A DNA stretch of 64,000 nucleotides from Dicyema japonicum (lineage: Eukaryota > Animalia > Dicyemida): contig RDEW01000027.1 of the NCBI GenBank assembly GCA_011109175.1, positions 70,028-134,027 of the forward strand, read 5' to 3'. This document shows positions 35,600-48,900 of the stretch, in pieces. Positions within the stretch are counted from its first letter, which is position 1. Each line of letters starts with the position of its first letter. Position numbers and translations under genes: made by a program. The notes under the pieces were generated by a model. That model was not told where the DNA came from and did no database searches. It saw only the letters and a list, made by a program, of their open reading frames with translations.

Positions 35600-36470
35600 T
35601 ATTATTATTACCCAAGGATCACTGGATCAAAGAGAAAAAAAATAAAAGTTCTCAACTAACTAAGTGATCCCAGACCGACAAGGAAAAGACGAGTCCGGCG
35701 GAGTTGGAAATTCCTGTACTGTTCTTCTCATCGTACATGGCATCGGCTCAAACTTTTTACGTGTTTTTAGATATTTCGATAGTATATGAAACAAGGGGAA
35801 GCTCGGTTGACTGGTCGCCATTAAGAATTTTCGTTGTAATTCAATTAGAAGATTTTCAATAAGTTGGATCTGTGTTCTGGTTCAAAAAAGTGCATAAAAT
35901 AAGTTATTTTACTAAAAAGTTTATTTATTTATTTATTTTAATAACCCCGGGAACACCGAGAAAGAAAGACAAAAGAGTCAAAAAGTTAGGTGATCCCAGT
36001 CCTCGCAATCAATTGTGCCATTCGACGTCTGTGATCTTCCATCGTCCCCACTACTTTCCGGAAGAGCCTTCTCTCGGTCTTGCAGAGGAATCCGATCGGG
36101 GAGGGGAATTTCTTATCCAATCGGTTTTCTCTTGCCATGGAAAGGATCAGGCGAAGCGGATTTCCATCTTCCTCACAGACGCGAAGAAATCCGGAGCCAC
36201 GACTACGGATCTTAGCTTCCATGAGTAGTGGGTCGACTGTTGATCCATTACGTGGGCAAAGCATACTGATTGTTTTCTGGTGTATCGAGTTGACTCTTTG
36301 GACCATAGACTCCGATAGCGCGAATCTCCATGCAACGGAGGCATACTCAACGGCAGGCGCGATTGTTTGTTGGTAGAGGGTAGAAACGGAAAAGTCCATG
36401 TTCCTCGTGGTCCTCCGGACAAGGGCGCGTAAAACGTTAACTTTCTGGAGGCCCCTGGTAATCATTAAAA
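35600..36470 (-). mobile_element. Two I-group LINE 3' ends (post-RT ORF and 3' UTR)
   Basis: KVNVLRALV...LYQQTIAPAVEYASVAW...RTGIT* is followed by a UTR ending ttctcggtgttcccggggttattaaaataaa. A second tail lies at 35600-35690. Confidence 0.8.
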
Positions 36471-36546
36471 AGTTAATTCTTATAAATATAACTGATTTTA
36501 ATTTATTTAAAAAAATTAAATAAATGAAATAACTGATTTTGATTTA

Positions 36547-37720
36547 ATGTCACCGGTAACGTGCATTGCGCCAATCAACATAGCGATAATAAAATACTGT
36601 ATTCTGAAATAATCAAGCCTTAGGGGGGAAAAGAAACAGTGATATTATCCTCCCTATTAACTCTTCTCTTAGTGTCACACTTAATACCGATCAACTTTGC
36701 ACAAAAACGACCATATACGAGAATAACGGATCAGAAGATGTTTTTTATTTGAATGGAAAACGGACGGAACTGCCATCTCGAGCCAATAAAGTGATCAACG
36801 AAAGTAATAATCATTTATATGTTAAGTTAGAAAAACAAATGAGACAAAACTTTTAATCATCACAGTAAACAACTTTCCTACAGCTGCTGGACTTGCTTCC
36901 TCGGCTTCAGGCTATGCATGTTTGGCAACATCAGTTTGTACATTCTATGGAGTCCCCCTTTCTCCAATTTACGCCAGAATTGGTTCAGGAAGTGCTTGTA
37001 GAAGCATGTTTGGGGGATTTGTTGAGTGGGAGATGGGTAAAGAAGACGATGGCAAGGATTCAGTTGCTGTTCAACTGCCATACGACTGGCCTGGACTGCG
37101 GGTTCTCATTTTTGTTGCCAGTGATTCCCAAAAGTCAGTGAGTTCTACCAATGGGATGCAAACCACTGTCGAAACAAGCAATCTCCTCGCCAATCGAGTA
37201 TCCCATTCTGTCCCGAAACGTTTAAAAGACATCAAGTTATCTATCGAAAACAGGGACTTCGATTCCTTTGGAAGAATAATGATGGAGGTAGTCTTCGTTT
37301 ATTATCCATTAGGATAGCAATGAAATGCACGCCACAATGATGGATTCATTTCCTCCCATTCGTTATATTTCTGACCGTTCATTTTCACTTTTAATGTCCA
37401 TTCACAGGCTGAATAGTGCTGCTGGAAGGACAGTTGCCTCGTACACTTTCGACGCTGGCTCAAATGCATTTGTTTTTGTAATGGAGGACAACGCTGATTA
37501 CTTATATGCATGCATGTCGTCTTTAGCTGGAAAACCTGATGGATTGATTGTGATAGGACTGCCTTTAAAGATTCCGGAATCTTTTCAAAATGTGTTTAAA
37601 GGCACGTCGGAGGATTTTGGGGTTAAATATATAATCAGCACTAAAGTTGACAAGTCTTTATTTTAGGTTGGAGAAGGTCCTTTAATGTCTGATGATCACA
37701 TTTCTAGACCAAATGAATGA
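36547..37720 (+). CDS. MVD: Mevalonate diphosphate decarboxylase (5 exons)
   Basis: APINIAIIKYWGKR, NNFPTAAGLASSASGYA, ARIGSGSACRSMFGGFVEW, DSNEMHA, YTFDAGSNA. Introns 36599-36623, 36804-36826, 37288-37312, 37646-37666. Confidence 0.97.
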
Positions 37721-38137
37721 GATTTATTCCGATCTATAATCTAATAATCTGTTCGAAATAATAATTTTAATTATTTTGTTCTATTATTGCTATCGAGATT
37801 GAGTTTTCGGTTATATTCCAATTTAATGGCGCTATTATTAGAATCATCTGTTGGTTGGACACCTCTAATAATTTCTATCTTTCTATCGTACTCTCAGCCT
37901 GTCTATTCTACCCCGTTTCAGTTGCTACTTTCAACGACAGAAAACTCGGTTGCTTTGAATACTAAACAAGAATCCTTATCATGGATTCTTCGATTAACTG
38001 TAGATATGTAGCAGGAGGAAAATTACAGATAGTGAAGAGCACGGCAAAACTGGAACATAAAGTATTCATATATTAATGGGAAACGCAGGAGTGCATTTAA
38101 CTATCTAACTTAAAACAATTGGATTATGTGTTAAAAA

Positions 38138-39063
38138 TAGGGCCATTTAAATGCTATAAAAATATTATGCCGGGTAATGCAAAAATAATGGCTTTACCAG
38201 GGACTATAAAAATGAGTTCAAATTTTTGTGATATTTAAATTATATGATTTTACAATTCATATTTGATCATAATTTAATCTGAATAATCAAAAATGTAATT
38301 TTTAATTCACTAGTTATTTATTTTGACTTTAAATGCTATATTTTAACCACAATCAATAAAACGTGTTTGATTTACTGTAATATCAAAAAAAATTTAATCA
38401 ATATGTAACAAATCTAAGATTTATGATCCACGATTCATCAAAGAAATGTAGAAGTTCTACGATAAATCAAAATATCTTTTAAAAGATATCGGATGTCCTC
38501 CAGATGTTGTTACCACAAGGTATTCCTGAATAATTTTTAGATGGGGTAGTTGGTTTGTTTCAGTAAAACACTATTTGAAAATTACGACGCCATATGTGAT
38601 ATAATGAGTTCTTTTGAATGTGAGGGAATTCTACAACCGCAATCAATTCAATTGATTGTAACGACATGTGTTGAAAGGTTATAAAAAAAGTTAAAGTTTT
38701 AATGGGAAAAAAAAGAAATTTCAATGACACTAATGTGAAAAACTATATGATTATGAGCTATAACAAATATTTGACATTTTTTGTTTTATAATAGGAGAGA
38801 AGATGGATGCATTTTTCTCCAGTATTGGACGAAGTCTTGCTTCAAAAAGATGCGAACTCCTCAAAAGACTCTGGTTGTGAAGGAGGTTTAAAATGGTGGT
38901 GATCAGAGGAAACGCCTTCGCAATCCTGGCCTTTACACTAAAAATCTCTACTTGTTTTCTTTTTTCAAAAAATTTTTTTAAATGCTATTTTTTGGTTTAA
39001 AAATTCTATAATGATATTTCAAAGTGCTATATTTTAAATTTTGCTGCTATAAAAAATTCCCTA
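38138..39063 (+). mobile_element. hAT-like transposon fossil
   Basis: tagggccattt...aaattcccta ends; internal PPDVVTTR...RWGSWF and DQRKRL resemble hAT C-terminal motifs. The TSD is not convincing. Confidence 0.45.
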
Positions 39064-39189
39064 GTTAGCTACTTTTTTAAGTAAGAATACTTAAAACAGT
39101 TTGATTATGTGTCATTATAATTCTCCGCTCCATTGGATGTTTTAAATAAATTAAATTACATTCCAAAGACCAAGGGTAACCAATCTAAC

Positions 39190-39400
39190 TAACTCTTTGA
39201 GTCGTTCCATCATTCCAGAACTTGTCACAAGGTAACGACGTTGTCCCCGGGGAAGAATTGTTGGATCCTCTTGATGCCGGCCAGGCATTGGGCGCCTCCT
39301 CAGTAAGGTGGATCCAGTGACGCCATCGGAAGGAAGGAAAATAATTTTGACAAACTATCCATGTAGCACCACATGGCGCCACGCGAAATTTCCGATAGGT
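39190..39400 (-). mobile_element. SINE-like family B copy
   Basis: Head cgcgtggcgccatgtggtgctac plus junction motif tggatccacc...atgcctggccggcat...gatcca. Confidence 0.75.
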
Positions 39401-39613
39401 TTCCATAACTGTAAAGAATTGGCGTCTTCTACCTTTTATATGGTTCTGGGCGGACTTGATGCCATTGGAAAAATTATGTTTTTGTGACAATGAGAACTGG
39501 ACTCACTTAAGTAATTGTTATCTATCAACTTCTATCTTACTGTATCCGGATTTAATAATAATAATGAATTAGCATGCATTTCTGGTGATAGAGAACACAT
39601 TCCCTCTTTGCTC

Positions 39614-40459
39614 GGTGTCCGGACATTTGGTCGACAGACATTTAGCCGACAGAAAATTCTGGTTTTAAAATTCAGAGATAAAATTCAAGATAAAAACATT
39701 TACTTAAAAGTTATGAGAAAGCGCAGTCAAAAATTCTACTGGAGTGTAATCATCATATTTTTTCAATAATAATGTTTATCATTTTGTACACATCCTGGTA
39801 CTTCTTTACTTGTTTTATTGTTATTCCGGCCATCACTTGTTCTACTGTGAGATCCCACTCCGACTGTTCTTTTCCTATTTTTGCAACAAGCCGACTAACG
39901 GTTGGATGTTTTATAGACACTTTGTGAAGAAGACATGTGCCATCCTTCAAGTAAATTCGTAGTTCTTGGGAGGCCTTCTGCTTGTCTGTCGTGTACATTC
40001 CACATTTCCAAACTAAACAATAGTCTTCTTCTTTTTCCACGTTGCAAGGCTCCGATCCATGTTGTCTCAAAATAGGTCAGAATATCTCCCAACACGTCAT
40101 CAGTTTCGTCATCTATAGTTTCAAGGAGCGCTCGGAAACTCTCAATGACTTGAGGTACAGGAACAAATGCCAGTGCTTGAATACTTTTAATTAAGTTTGC
40201 TCTTATTGGGTCATTATACCATGCCTGCAGTCCTAGATTTTATATTTTTCGTCATGAACACTGCCCAAAGTGAAAGTAAAAAATATTTTTTCATAAATTT
40301 GTTGAGATTTTTCTCGAGCAATAGCTTACACTAATGGAAACGTACATATTTCACATAATGTAACATGTATAGTGTATAACTGAAAACCTAATCGGCCAAA
40401 TGTCCTAGTACCGTAGGGGTGTGTCGGCTAAACGTCTGTCGGCCAAATGTCCTAGTACC
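39614..40459 (-). mobile_element. MULE/Mutator deletion derivative with TIRs
   Basis: TIRs at 39621-39651 and 40422-40452 (ggacatttgg(t/c)cgacagac(a/g)tttagccgaca). Transposase ALAFVPV...YFETTWIG...WNVH...PRTTNLLEGWH. Imperfect 9-bp flanks tctttgctc/cttttgctc. Confidence 0.88.
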
Positions 40460-40669
40460 CTTTTGCTCTTAATTAGTCATTCTTCTTTTCGGTTTTTACT
40501 CATCTTTTTTGGATTGTCATTTGTCAGAATTTTTTTTCTATTTTTCTGTTTAGTCAAGATTAAGATAGTAACTATTTCACAGAATGCCTACTTAATTTTA
40601 TGATTATATGAAAGCCTTTATCTTCCTTCTTCTTGTGAGCATGGAAGTGGAGATTTTATGCAGTTTTGC

Positions 40670-41190
40670 GCGGTGTCGTTCGTGCAACGTTAATGTGGTA
40701 TCGTATGGCTACTTGTTTGAAGATTTCGTTTGCGTTCTTCTGTTCTCCCCCGTGTTCTCCTAGAGTCATGTCATGTGATCTACCTGTCTCAGGTTGAGCC
40801 TAGTGTGATACAAAAAAGGATCATTTTCTCTCCCCTACTCCATTTGAATGGTCCCCATAACTGCCAGGATTTGAGGCTTTCTTTCCTTTCAGTTGTTTCT
40901 GAATGGACTTGTGTGACATGGAAGTACTTTCTTTTCTGTGACCGTGGGAACTGGATACAATTAATTAGTTGTAAACTATTAATTTTTTTATTACACAAGT
41001 TCCTCCAGAACCCAATAAAAAAAACTTTATTCCTCGTAGTTGTGAGAACCATTTTTAAAGAAGTGGAAGAGAACATACGATCCATCTTGGCACTGAGTGC
41101 CACTTGATACAGATGTATCACATGACGTCACTCGGAAGATAGGGAAGAGAATAAAAGATGATAAAAAACCTTCCACCAAGTAGCTCGTGG
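40670..41190. mobile_element. Two degraded family A copies in opposite orientation
   Basis: gtcatgtgatctacctgtctcaggtt...aaaggatcattt at about 40765-40830 (+), and gtcatgtgatac...tggcactcagtgcca at about 41085-41130 (-). Confidence 0.6.
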
Positions 41191-41239
41191 GGGAAATCCA
41201 ACTAGATTCAATTGCTATAGTATGACATTCTAACCACTA

Positions 41240-41500
41240 AGGTATCCGTTAAGTTATTCAATACTGCACTTTACGAAGAGCCATATTAGCTTAGCTCCTC
41301 TCAGACAGGGCACACACTTTAAAGAACAGTTATCCTTACTAATCGATGAGGGGGAACCAAGGAATCCTCTTTACTTTTTTTATTTTAGTTGGATATGAGT
41401 TCTTTTGTAACCGATCCTGTCCCGCATTGAGATGTTCACTTATGACATCGTCACTTGTCAAGCCAAAGCAACTTAGGGTACATGATCTATATTGGTTCTT
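41240..41500 (-). mobile_element. SINE family C copy
   Basis: Tail ggagctaagctaatatggctcttcgtaaagtgcagtatt and body ttggcttgacaagtgacgatgtcat. Confidence 0.7.
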
Positions 41501-41769
41501 AAAAACGTTCGTCGATAGTAGAAGTGGACTGAAGTTAAAATAATAATCGTAATTTAGACAGTTAAAAGTCAATAATAATTTCCACGCCTATGTTCAAACA
41601 AGTGCTGTACAAAAAATCTCGGAGACTATTCCCTTCGACAAGCTCAGGCCGTGCCCTATTGTGCTACCAATCAATTAGTTTTATCGAAAAAACTCTTAAA
41701 ATTAAAATTTCTGTTAAAAAATTCATCCCTGCTTTTATTCTTTTTGTGGAACCGGCATATTATGATTAT

Positions 41770-43340
41770 AAGGTTATTAATGTCTAACCCCGAAAAGGGG
41801 AACACCAAGAAAGAAGAAGTTAAAACCAACTAATTAAGTAATCACAATAGACTTCCACAGGATCGAGAGGTTTTTGATGTGCTGCTCCATCGTACAACAG
41901 TTTTTCTGAATCCACAACGTTCCTGTTTTATCAGAATTTAAAGAGGCGTGAGATTTTTCCCAATTTATAGAGCTAATTGGTAGAAGCTATCGAATTCAGA
42001 GCCACAGAGAATGATGAAGCCGGAACCTTTGTTCCGGATTTCCGTGTTGTCAAGTAATATAGGAATTGCTGGGCAGAGAAATTGGTTAAGAAAACATTTT
42101 TTCTCTTAGAGAATTAATCTTGTAGAACTTTAAAATTATAATTCCATAAACAAAGGGGCGCAAGCATACTCCATTCTCGATTATAAAAACACAGCCCTTC
42201 CGGCAAGGAATAGGTAATGTTTTCATTACTTATACCCACCTTAGGCAGAACTCACTTTATTTTAAGGAGTAAGAACAGTAATGTTAATTAATCCAAGGCA
42301 TATCCAAGACATCTTGATTTTTCGTTATTTTATTTTTGTTTGTGTGTGAGTTCTAGAAGACAATCCAGTTCCGCAGTGTTGAAACACAGATGACGGCGTC
42401 AATCTTCAACCCCAAAACATCGTTCAACCGAATGGACACCAGCGAGATTTGAATCGGAGACCTCATGGTTTTGATCCGGAACTTATTACACTGAGCCATC
42501 CTATTGTCGGCTTTAAGAGCTGATAAGACGGTAACGCAGTCTTGTGAGAGCTAGGTCCTGGAACTTAGAAATGCTTTAATGACGTCGACTTTCTGGCAGC
42601 CCTTTACCAGAATGTTTTTCACAAATTTTGAAAAAGAGGGTAAGAGTTCCAACACTCCCAGTATTCATGATGTCTCTGCATGGGAATAATATTTCCATAA
42701 AGGCTGATTTCTAGTTTATCTTTTTTGTCTTCTTTGGTTGTAAAAATGGTATGTGAAGATTTTTTCCGTGGATATGTAAAGTTGATTCAAAGGCAACCAA
42801 TCCCCCAGGTCGTTAATGTGTGACTGACTTTGCCATATCCACGCATCTGTTTCTGCTTGCAATAATTAAATCATCAGCGTATGTTATAAGTATTGAATCA
42901 GGCCCTCCAAAACAGGGTAAGTCGTTTAAGAATATTTTAAAAAGCGCAGGAGAAAGAGGATCTCTGAGGGACACCATTCGAAAGAAAACGGGATCTCGAT
43001 TTTGTATAGGCTATACACACACGTCCCCTTCGTCCTGTAAGAAAATTGGCTATCCATCGTTTTAAGTCGGATAAATTGAAGTGTTGACCTTTTCGTTAGT
43101 AAAATTCTCAGGACTGAATCAAACGCCGGAGGTCTAACGAGACTAATATTGTCCATAGATACCGCTTGAGTTCATTGAATCCTTCCGAGCTAAATTGTGC
43201 CAAGGAAGTTAAGCGTTTTGCTTTAAAATGCTCCGATCTGTATCCGTGTCGGTAATGACGAAAGGGAAAATGAGGTTTAATTCTCCAAAGCATGAGTTTT
43301 TCCATGAGGCACGATATCGGACGGTAGAATGAAAGTCTTG
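41770..43340 (-). mobile_element. I-group LINE fragments (RT to 3' UTR) interrupted by a SINE
   Basis: HGYRS...LVSLDL, TYADDL, EYACAPLF, and a 3' tail cacttaattagttgg...ttggtgttcccc at 41770-41840. Confidence 0.7.
42190..42512 (-). mobile_element. tRNA-SINE family C, full length, alternative tail
   Basis: A box tggctcagtg, B-box-like gattcaaatc, body gacgccgtcatc...ctgcggaactggattgtct. Confidence 0.8.
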
Positions 43341-43369
43341 GTTTAAGACAGCTATGAAATGTGAGTTCT

Positions 43370-44540
43370 TCAATTTACTAGGGATATCCTTCGCGTTTGA
43401 GGACAAATAATCGATCTGATTGCAATCTCTCCAAGATGCTTCTGCAGAATTCTAGTAATATCACCTGGAACACAAATATATGACTTCCTGCAACAGCAGT
43501 CCTAGGAATAAACCTCTCTAGGGCCTTTGACACGGTCCGCCATGGTCTACATCTCAAGATACTGGAACAATTCTTGGACCCTGATTTTGTCAATATGATC
43601 AGAGTGTTGCTATCTAACACGAAACGGGTCGGTAATACTTTTTCCACTCAATTTACGTGCAATGTTGGTACTCCCTAGGAAAATTACTGCCCTCTGCTAT
43701 TTGTCATATATCCGGAGACAGCATTACGAGACCTTCAGAAATTATATGATAGCAACATCATCTAAATTACTTACGCGGACAACGCCGACTTTGTTTCAGA
43801 ACTACTTCGACTCCTTGAAGAACAACCTGCTGAGCTGAACAGATGGTTCCTCATAGTGAACATCGCAATAACCGACACTGGAAATCAGGAGAATGGAAGG
43901 CAGATCAAGTGAAACATGCCGAAAAACAAACAAATTTGGCTCTTTACTTGGAGACAGTCGAGATATTGCAAGAAGAAAGGCCTTTCACTTGGGCAACGAT
44001 GAACAAGTTGAAGAGTGTATTGGAAAACGATCTTGCAATCACTTCGTTTGAGACTATATGAAGTTTTTATCAAGTCGATCCTAATATACAATTTATCGAC
44101 CTGGAGGACGTCCAAAACCGAAAAAACTTGGACTAGATTCTTTCAACTGAAGACAACTTAGATTCTTACTAGGACTGAACTGGTAACAAAAATAAACAAG
44201 GACTTACTATATAAGAGATGTTGTACGGGTCCATCGATTCTACGAATTTATTGATATTCGTTTGAGACTATTTGGGCATATCTTATGACTGGAGTTGGGT
44301 GCTCCAGCTAACATAGAAATGGAGGATTATTTCATGAAACGGGGACCGTGTTTCTGTGGACGTCGTCGTGTTACACTTCCAGAAACACTTAATGGAGATG
44401 TAAACCTTGTGAACAAAGTCTAAGAAGTGGAGATGGTTTGGAAGAGTTAAAGAAACTCTCTTACGATCGAGAAAGTTGAAAGAGTTTAGTTCGAAAAATT
44501 GTTTCGAATTCTGCTAGTGTGAAATTATACTATTATGGTT
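43370..44540 (+). mobile_element. Degenerate RTE LINE (RT to C-terminus)
   Basis: NVGTP...LLFVIY, ITYADNAD, EWKADQVK, KPIAWATM-like segment, FIKSILIY, RRRVTLPETLNGD. Confidence 0.75.
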
Positions 44541-44621
44541 TTACGTACGTTTCCTGTAATAATAATGATACTCATATTATGATTTATTCAAAATTTATAT
44601 AAAATTACCTTATTTGTGCTT

Positions 44622-45060
44622 ATTATTTAAGCACTTCACGAGAGCCATACTACTTATAGCCCCGCATGTGCAGCAAAAGAAACAATGTTAGATGTCATCT
44701 TTTTCCATGCTCTCCTGTTCCTAGCAAAGGCTCTCGTGTTGTCCAAGTTGTCGGCAGTTTTTAAATTTCTATTAATATTGACCAGGTCTTTTTGTAAGAC
44801 TATTGGCAGTGTTGTTCTTGGTCTTCCACGATAGCGGCCTTCTTGGCTAACATAGTATGTTTCCATATATATGTTCGTTGGGGATGTTAATTTCATCCTC
44901 AGCACGTGTCAGAAGAGCTTCTATCGGGATTCCAGTACTTCTAAACTGATAGGTCTAGTGCTGCATCTCTTATATAAAGCATTTCTCGATATTCTCGTAG
45001 GCCAAATAGTTCTTGTTATTTATCTCAGATGACCTCTGTGGAACGAGTCTAGTCTTTCCA
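44622..45060 (-). mobile_element. 5'-truncated RTE 3' fragment
   Basis: GRYRGRPRTTLPIVLQKDL...NRRAW; highly similar inverted copy of 46354-46793. Confidence 0.9.
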
Positions 45061-45289
45061 CATCCGCTGATGAGGTCGAGTCTAATCTTTCCTTCTTTGT
45101 GCTTGGATTTTGTATATAATAATTTCAGTAACAATTTTCTTTCAAACAAATTAATTTTTTTAAATTTTAACAAAAAATATTTTTTATATGACCTACTTAG
45201 AAAAGGGAAACAAATCTCTGTTCATATCCAAAACAAAAAAAACCTGATTGGTCCAAATGTTCAAATCTTCAATCAATTTTTTCTGCAGG

Positions 45290-46880
45290 AATATAGAAGG
45301 CTCTTTCGCACAGTAGTCAGGATAATGGAGAACCACCGATGTTGGATGGCACAGTTGATTGCGGGAACTGGGATCACTTAACTGTTTGACGTTTTTTTTG
45401 TTTTTCTTTCCCGGTAATCCCGAGGTTCTAAATAAATTTATAAAAATATTAAAAGACTAGAAAAACTCTCCTGTTTCTGATGGGAATCTTATTATTTTAC
45501 TGAAAAATCTTGATATTGAAGAAAAACATGTGCTTAACGTTGTTCTGGACTTTTGATCCTGCTATGTTGCGACATCGAAACAAACCCTGGTCCACGCGGA
45601 GACTTAATAATTCTACAACTAAATACAAATGGAATTAAAAGGAAGATTCTGGAACTTCGAGCTTTCCTCTCCGCAACTTGAGCTGACCTAGCTCTCATCC
45701 AGGAATCCAAGCTCTCATTCTCCACACCAAAACTTTTTTTTCCGGGATACACAGTAATCCGTAAGGACCGTCAAAGAAGACCAGGTGGAGGACTAGTCAC
45801 AATCATAAAGAACGGTATACCTTTCACTGACGTGAGTAGACGGACCTCAGAACTTTTGGACTCAGACGATACCATAAAGCAGATCACCATCAAAATGGAG
45901 CTGTACTCGTCCTTTAAGATCAAATTGATTAACCAATATATTCCACCACAAGGATCCTACCCAAAATCCTACACCCCAAATATACCCCGCCTCTCAGTAC
46001 TAAAGTACGCTCTAATATGCGGTGACCTAAATGCCCGACACCCCGTTTGGCTAGCTTCACAGTTCTCTGACACCCGAGGCGAGTTCATCGCAAATGGTCT
46101 TATTGATATGTTTATCCTGAATGATCCTGAATTACACACAAGAACCCCTTTAAGGAGCACTGATAGCTGCACCTCTCCTGATTTAACCCTATGTTCACCC
46201 TCTTTAGCAGGAATCACTACATGGGATGTGAACTATGGTTTTCCAGCGACCATAATCCCATCCTTCTTACCCTAAGAGGATTTCGGAGAAGCAGGACATT
46301 GCTGACCGAAGTGAAAAGTTTTAAAAATTATAAGAAGGTTGACTGGCCTGGCTGGAAAAACTAGACTCGTTCCACAGAGGTCAGCTGAGAAAAATAACAG
46401 GAACTACTTGGCCTACGAGAATATCGAGGAATGCTTTATATAAGAGATGCAGCAATAGACCTATCAGCTTAGAAGTACTGGAATCCCGATGGAAGCTTTT
46501 CAGACACGTCCTGAGGATGGAATTAACATCCCCACCTAACATATCTATGGAAACATACTATGTTAGCCAAGAAGGCCGCTATCGTGGAAGACCAAGAACA
46601 ACACTGCCAATAGTCTTACAAAAAGACCTGGTCAATATCAGAAGAAATTTAAAAACTGCCGACGACTTGGACAACACGAGAGCCTTGGCTATGAACAGGG
46701 GAGCATGGAAAAGGATGACATCTAACCTTGTTTCTTTTGCTGCACATGCGGGGCTATAATTAGTATGGCTCTCGTGAAGTGCTTAAATAATAAAAGAAGG
46801 TTGACTGGCCTGGCTTCTCTGACTTCGTAGAGCTGGACCTTTCAGGATTATGGAAGACCGGAAACCACTCAGTCCTGAAT
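45290..46880 (+). mobile_element. I-group LINE 3' end followed by a 2A-APE 5' fragment
   Basis: MENHRCWMAQLIAGTGIT* tail at 45290-45430. LLILLCCDIETNPGP (45571-45594), LQLNTNGI, IQESKL, ICGDLNARH, SPDLTL; NYKKVDWPG|FSDFVE is split by an RTE insertion. Confidence 0.85.
46354..46793 (+). mobile_element. 5'-truncated RTE insertion with 22-bp target-site duplication
   Basis: aagaaggttgactggcctggct occurs at 46332-46353 and 46794-46815; RTE C-terminus and tail tggctctcgtgaagtgcttaaataataa. Confidence 0.93.
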
Positions 46881-46884
46881 TCTG

Positions 46885-47778
46885 TACATCGTTTTAGAGT
46901 CGGATGAATTAAGGTGTTGTCCTTTTCGTTAGTAAGATTCTCAGAACTGAATCAAACACCGGAGGTCTAGCAAGACTAATATTGTCCATAGATACCGCTT
47001 GGGTTCATTGAAACCTTCCGAGCTAAATTGTGCAAAGGAAGTTAAGCTTGTTGTTTTACAATGCTCCGATCTGTATCCGTGTTGGTAGCGACGAAAGGGA
47101 AAATGAGGTTTAATTTTCTAAAGCATGAGTTTTTCCATAAGGCACGATATCGGACGGTAGGATGAAAGTGAGTATGTTTGTACAGCTCTGTTCAACAGAA
47201 TCACACGGATCAAAATCAAATTTCGCAACTAATTAACTGAAAAACATCTTATGCGTCATCAAAACTGAGTCTCTGTTTTGAAAGAATAGTAGAAGGAAAT
47301 CAGATTCAATTTTCGCATTAATTTTAGTTAATAAAGTTTAATTTTCTTAAAATTTTTTTCCGCCCCGTAGACCAAAAAGGTTGAAAACCACTGGTCTAGG
47401 TTGTAGGTTTGGGAGAGAAACTGCAGAGCTCACACTTGAAAGTGGTCTCCAATTAGATTGATCTTTGATTCCCAGTGCAGATGATCTATAAGGGTCGATC
47501 TGAGACTCACAATATTTGTTCTGAAGACTAAACAAGAAACCTTATCCATGTATTCCTCGATTAACTGTGGATACGTAACAGAGAAAAAATTACAGGAGGT
47601 TAAGAGTGTTTTTTATAAATTCTCCGATCTGTATCCGTGTTGGTAGCGACAAAAGGGAAAATGAGGTTTATTCTCTAAAGCATGAGTTTTTCCATGAGGC
47701 ACGATATCGGACAGTAGGATGAATTTGAGTATGCTTGTGAAGCTCTGTTCAATAGAATCACACGGATCAAAAGCAAAT
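46885..47778 (-). repeat. Duplicated decayed RT fragments (46885-47220 and 47612-47778)
   Basis: Both match 43060-43340 closely (ctccgatctgtatccgtg...gggaaaatgaggttt...ggcacgatatcggac). Confidence 0.85.
47350..47395 (-). mobile_element. hAT (Charlie-type) terminal sequence
   Basis: Minus strand cagtggttttcaacctttttgg resembles Charlie/MER5-type TIRs; no partner end was found. Confidence 0.45.
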
Positions 47779-48299
47779 GAGATTGATTTAACCTATACAC
47801 TATTAAATTAATGGTAGCTATCAACCTGGCCTTGAACCCACGGTGCTATTGGTCTTCCAAAAATATACTCTTTGTGAAAGCGACACATCAAGATATCAAT
47901 TTTCTAGAGATTCGATTATCTGAAGCAACTCATCAATGTTCAACTTGAAGCTTTAAACCATGTGCAGAAATCAACAATAGATTTATTAAATAAAGTCAAA
48001 TTTTAACTAATTTATATTAATTTAATTTGTATTTATTTTAAAAAATTGTTTTACAATATGGCGATCCTTTTAATATATTTGTACATCAATTGGCGTGCAG
48101 TTGCCACGTTCTTGTGGTTGGTTCTGTGTTTTCTTTTTTACTGTTTTTTTGTTTTATTCAAAGATTTTTTCATCAATGTTATATATTATTTGATTCATCA
48201 TATAGTGTTGAATGCTTTTATTGAAATGTCTATTATATATATATATTTTGGTAACCTATAAATATGGATTATTCTCCACTATTTGATTTTTCAGTATTA

Positions 48300-48900
48300 C
48301 TGTGATAAGTTTTGCGAATGTTTATCTTATTTGTAAAGAAAATTATATTTTTAATGGAAAATATGATATTCTACATGAGCGTCCAATCTGGCCATGTATC
48401 CATGGATATCGTACTATTACAAAAACATGTCTGATTTATTTCTTTGCATAGAGTCTCCATTTTTAAATTCCATTTCGTTATCAATATGGAGGATAACAGG
48501 AGGACCAGAGTATAAAAATTCTTTCGAACAATAAGGAAATTTTATCGGCTGATTTATTTTTTTCGAACTCGACAATTCCGTATTTTGAAAAATTGACGAG
48601 TAATACCAGAACGTTTAGTTGATTTTAATTAATACCTTATAACTATTCGTCTTTATGTGAGAATAACTACGCAACTCAATTAGATCGGATAGAAGATATC
48701 TGTCAAATGTACGCTTAATAATTACAATATCAGTACTAAATTGAAATATATGGCATATTGGCCTACTAATTGTTAATAATTCTCTTTTAGTTGAATTGTT
48801 TATCATTCTAGCATAAAATAATGACGGATTTATTAACAATGAATTTTTATTCAAGTACAATTGATGGAACTTATCTATGACGAAATAAAGCAGAAACAAA
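48300..48900 (-). mobile_element. Integrase-core transposase fossil (SCAND3/KRBA2-like)
   Basis: DLIELRS...YKVLI, FSKY...KNKSA, IFYTLGPPVILHIDNEMEFKN resemble the DLIDM...YK...FG.P.ILQSDNG.EF.N pattern. Confidence 0.55.
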
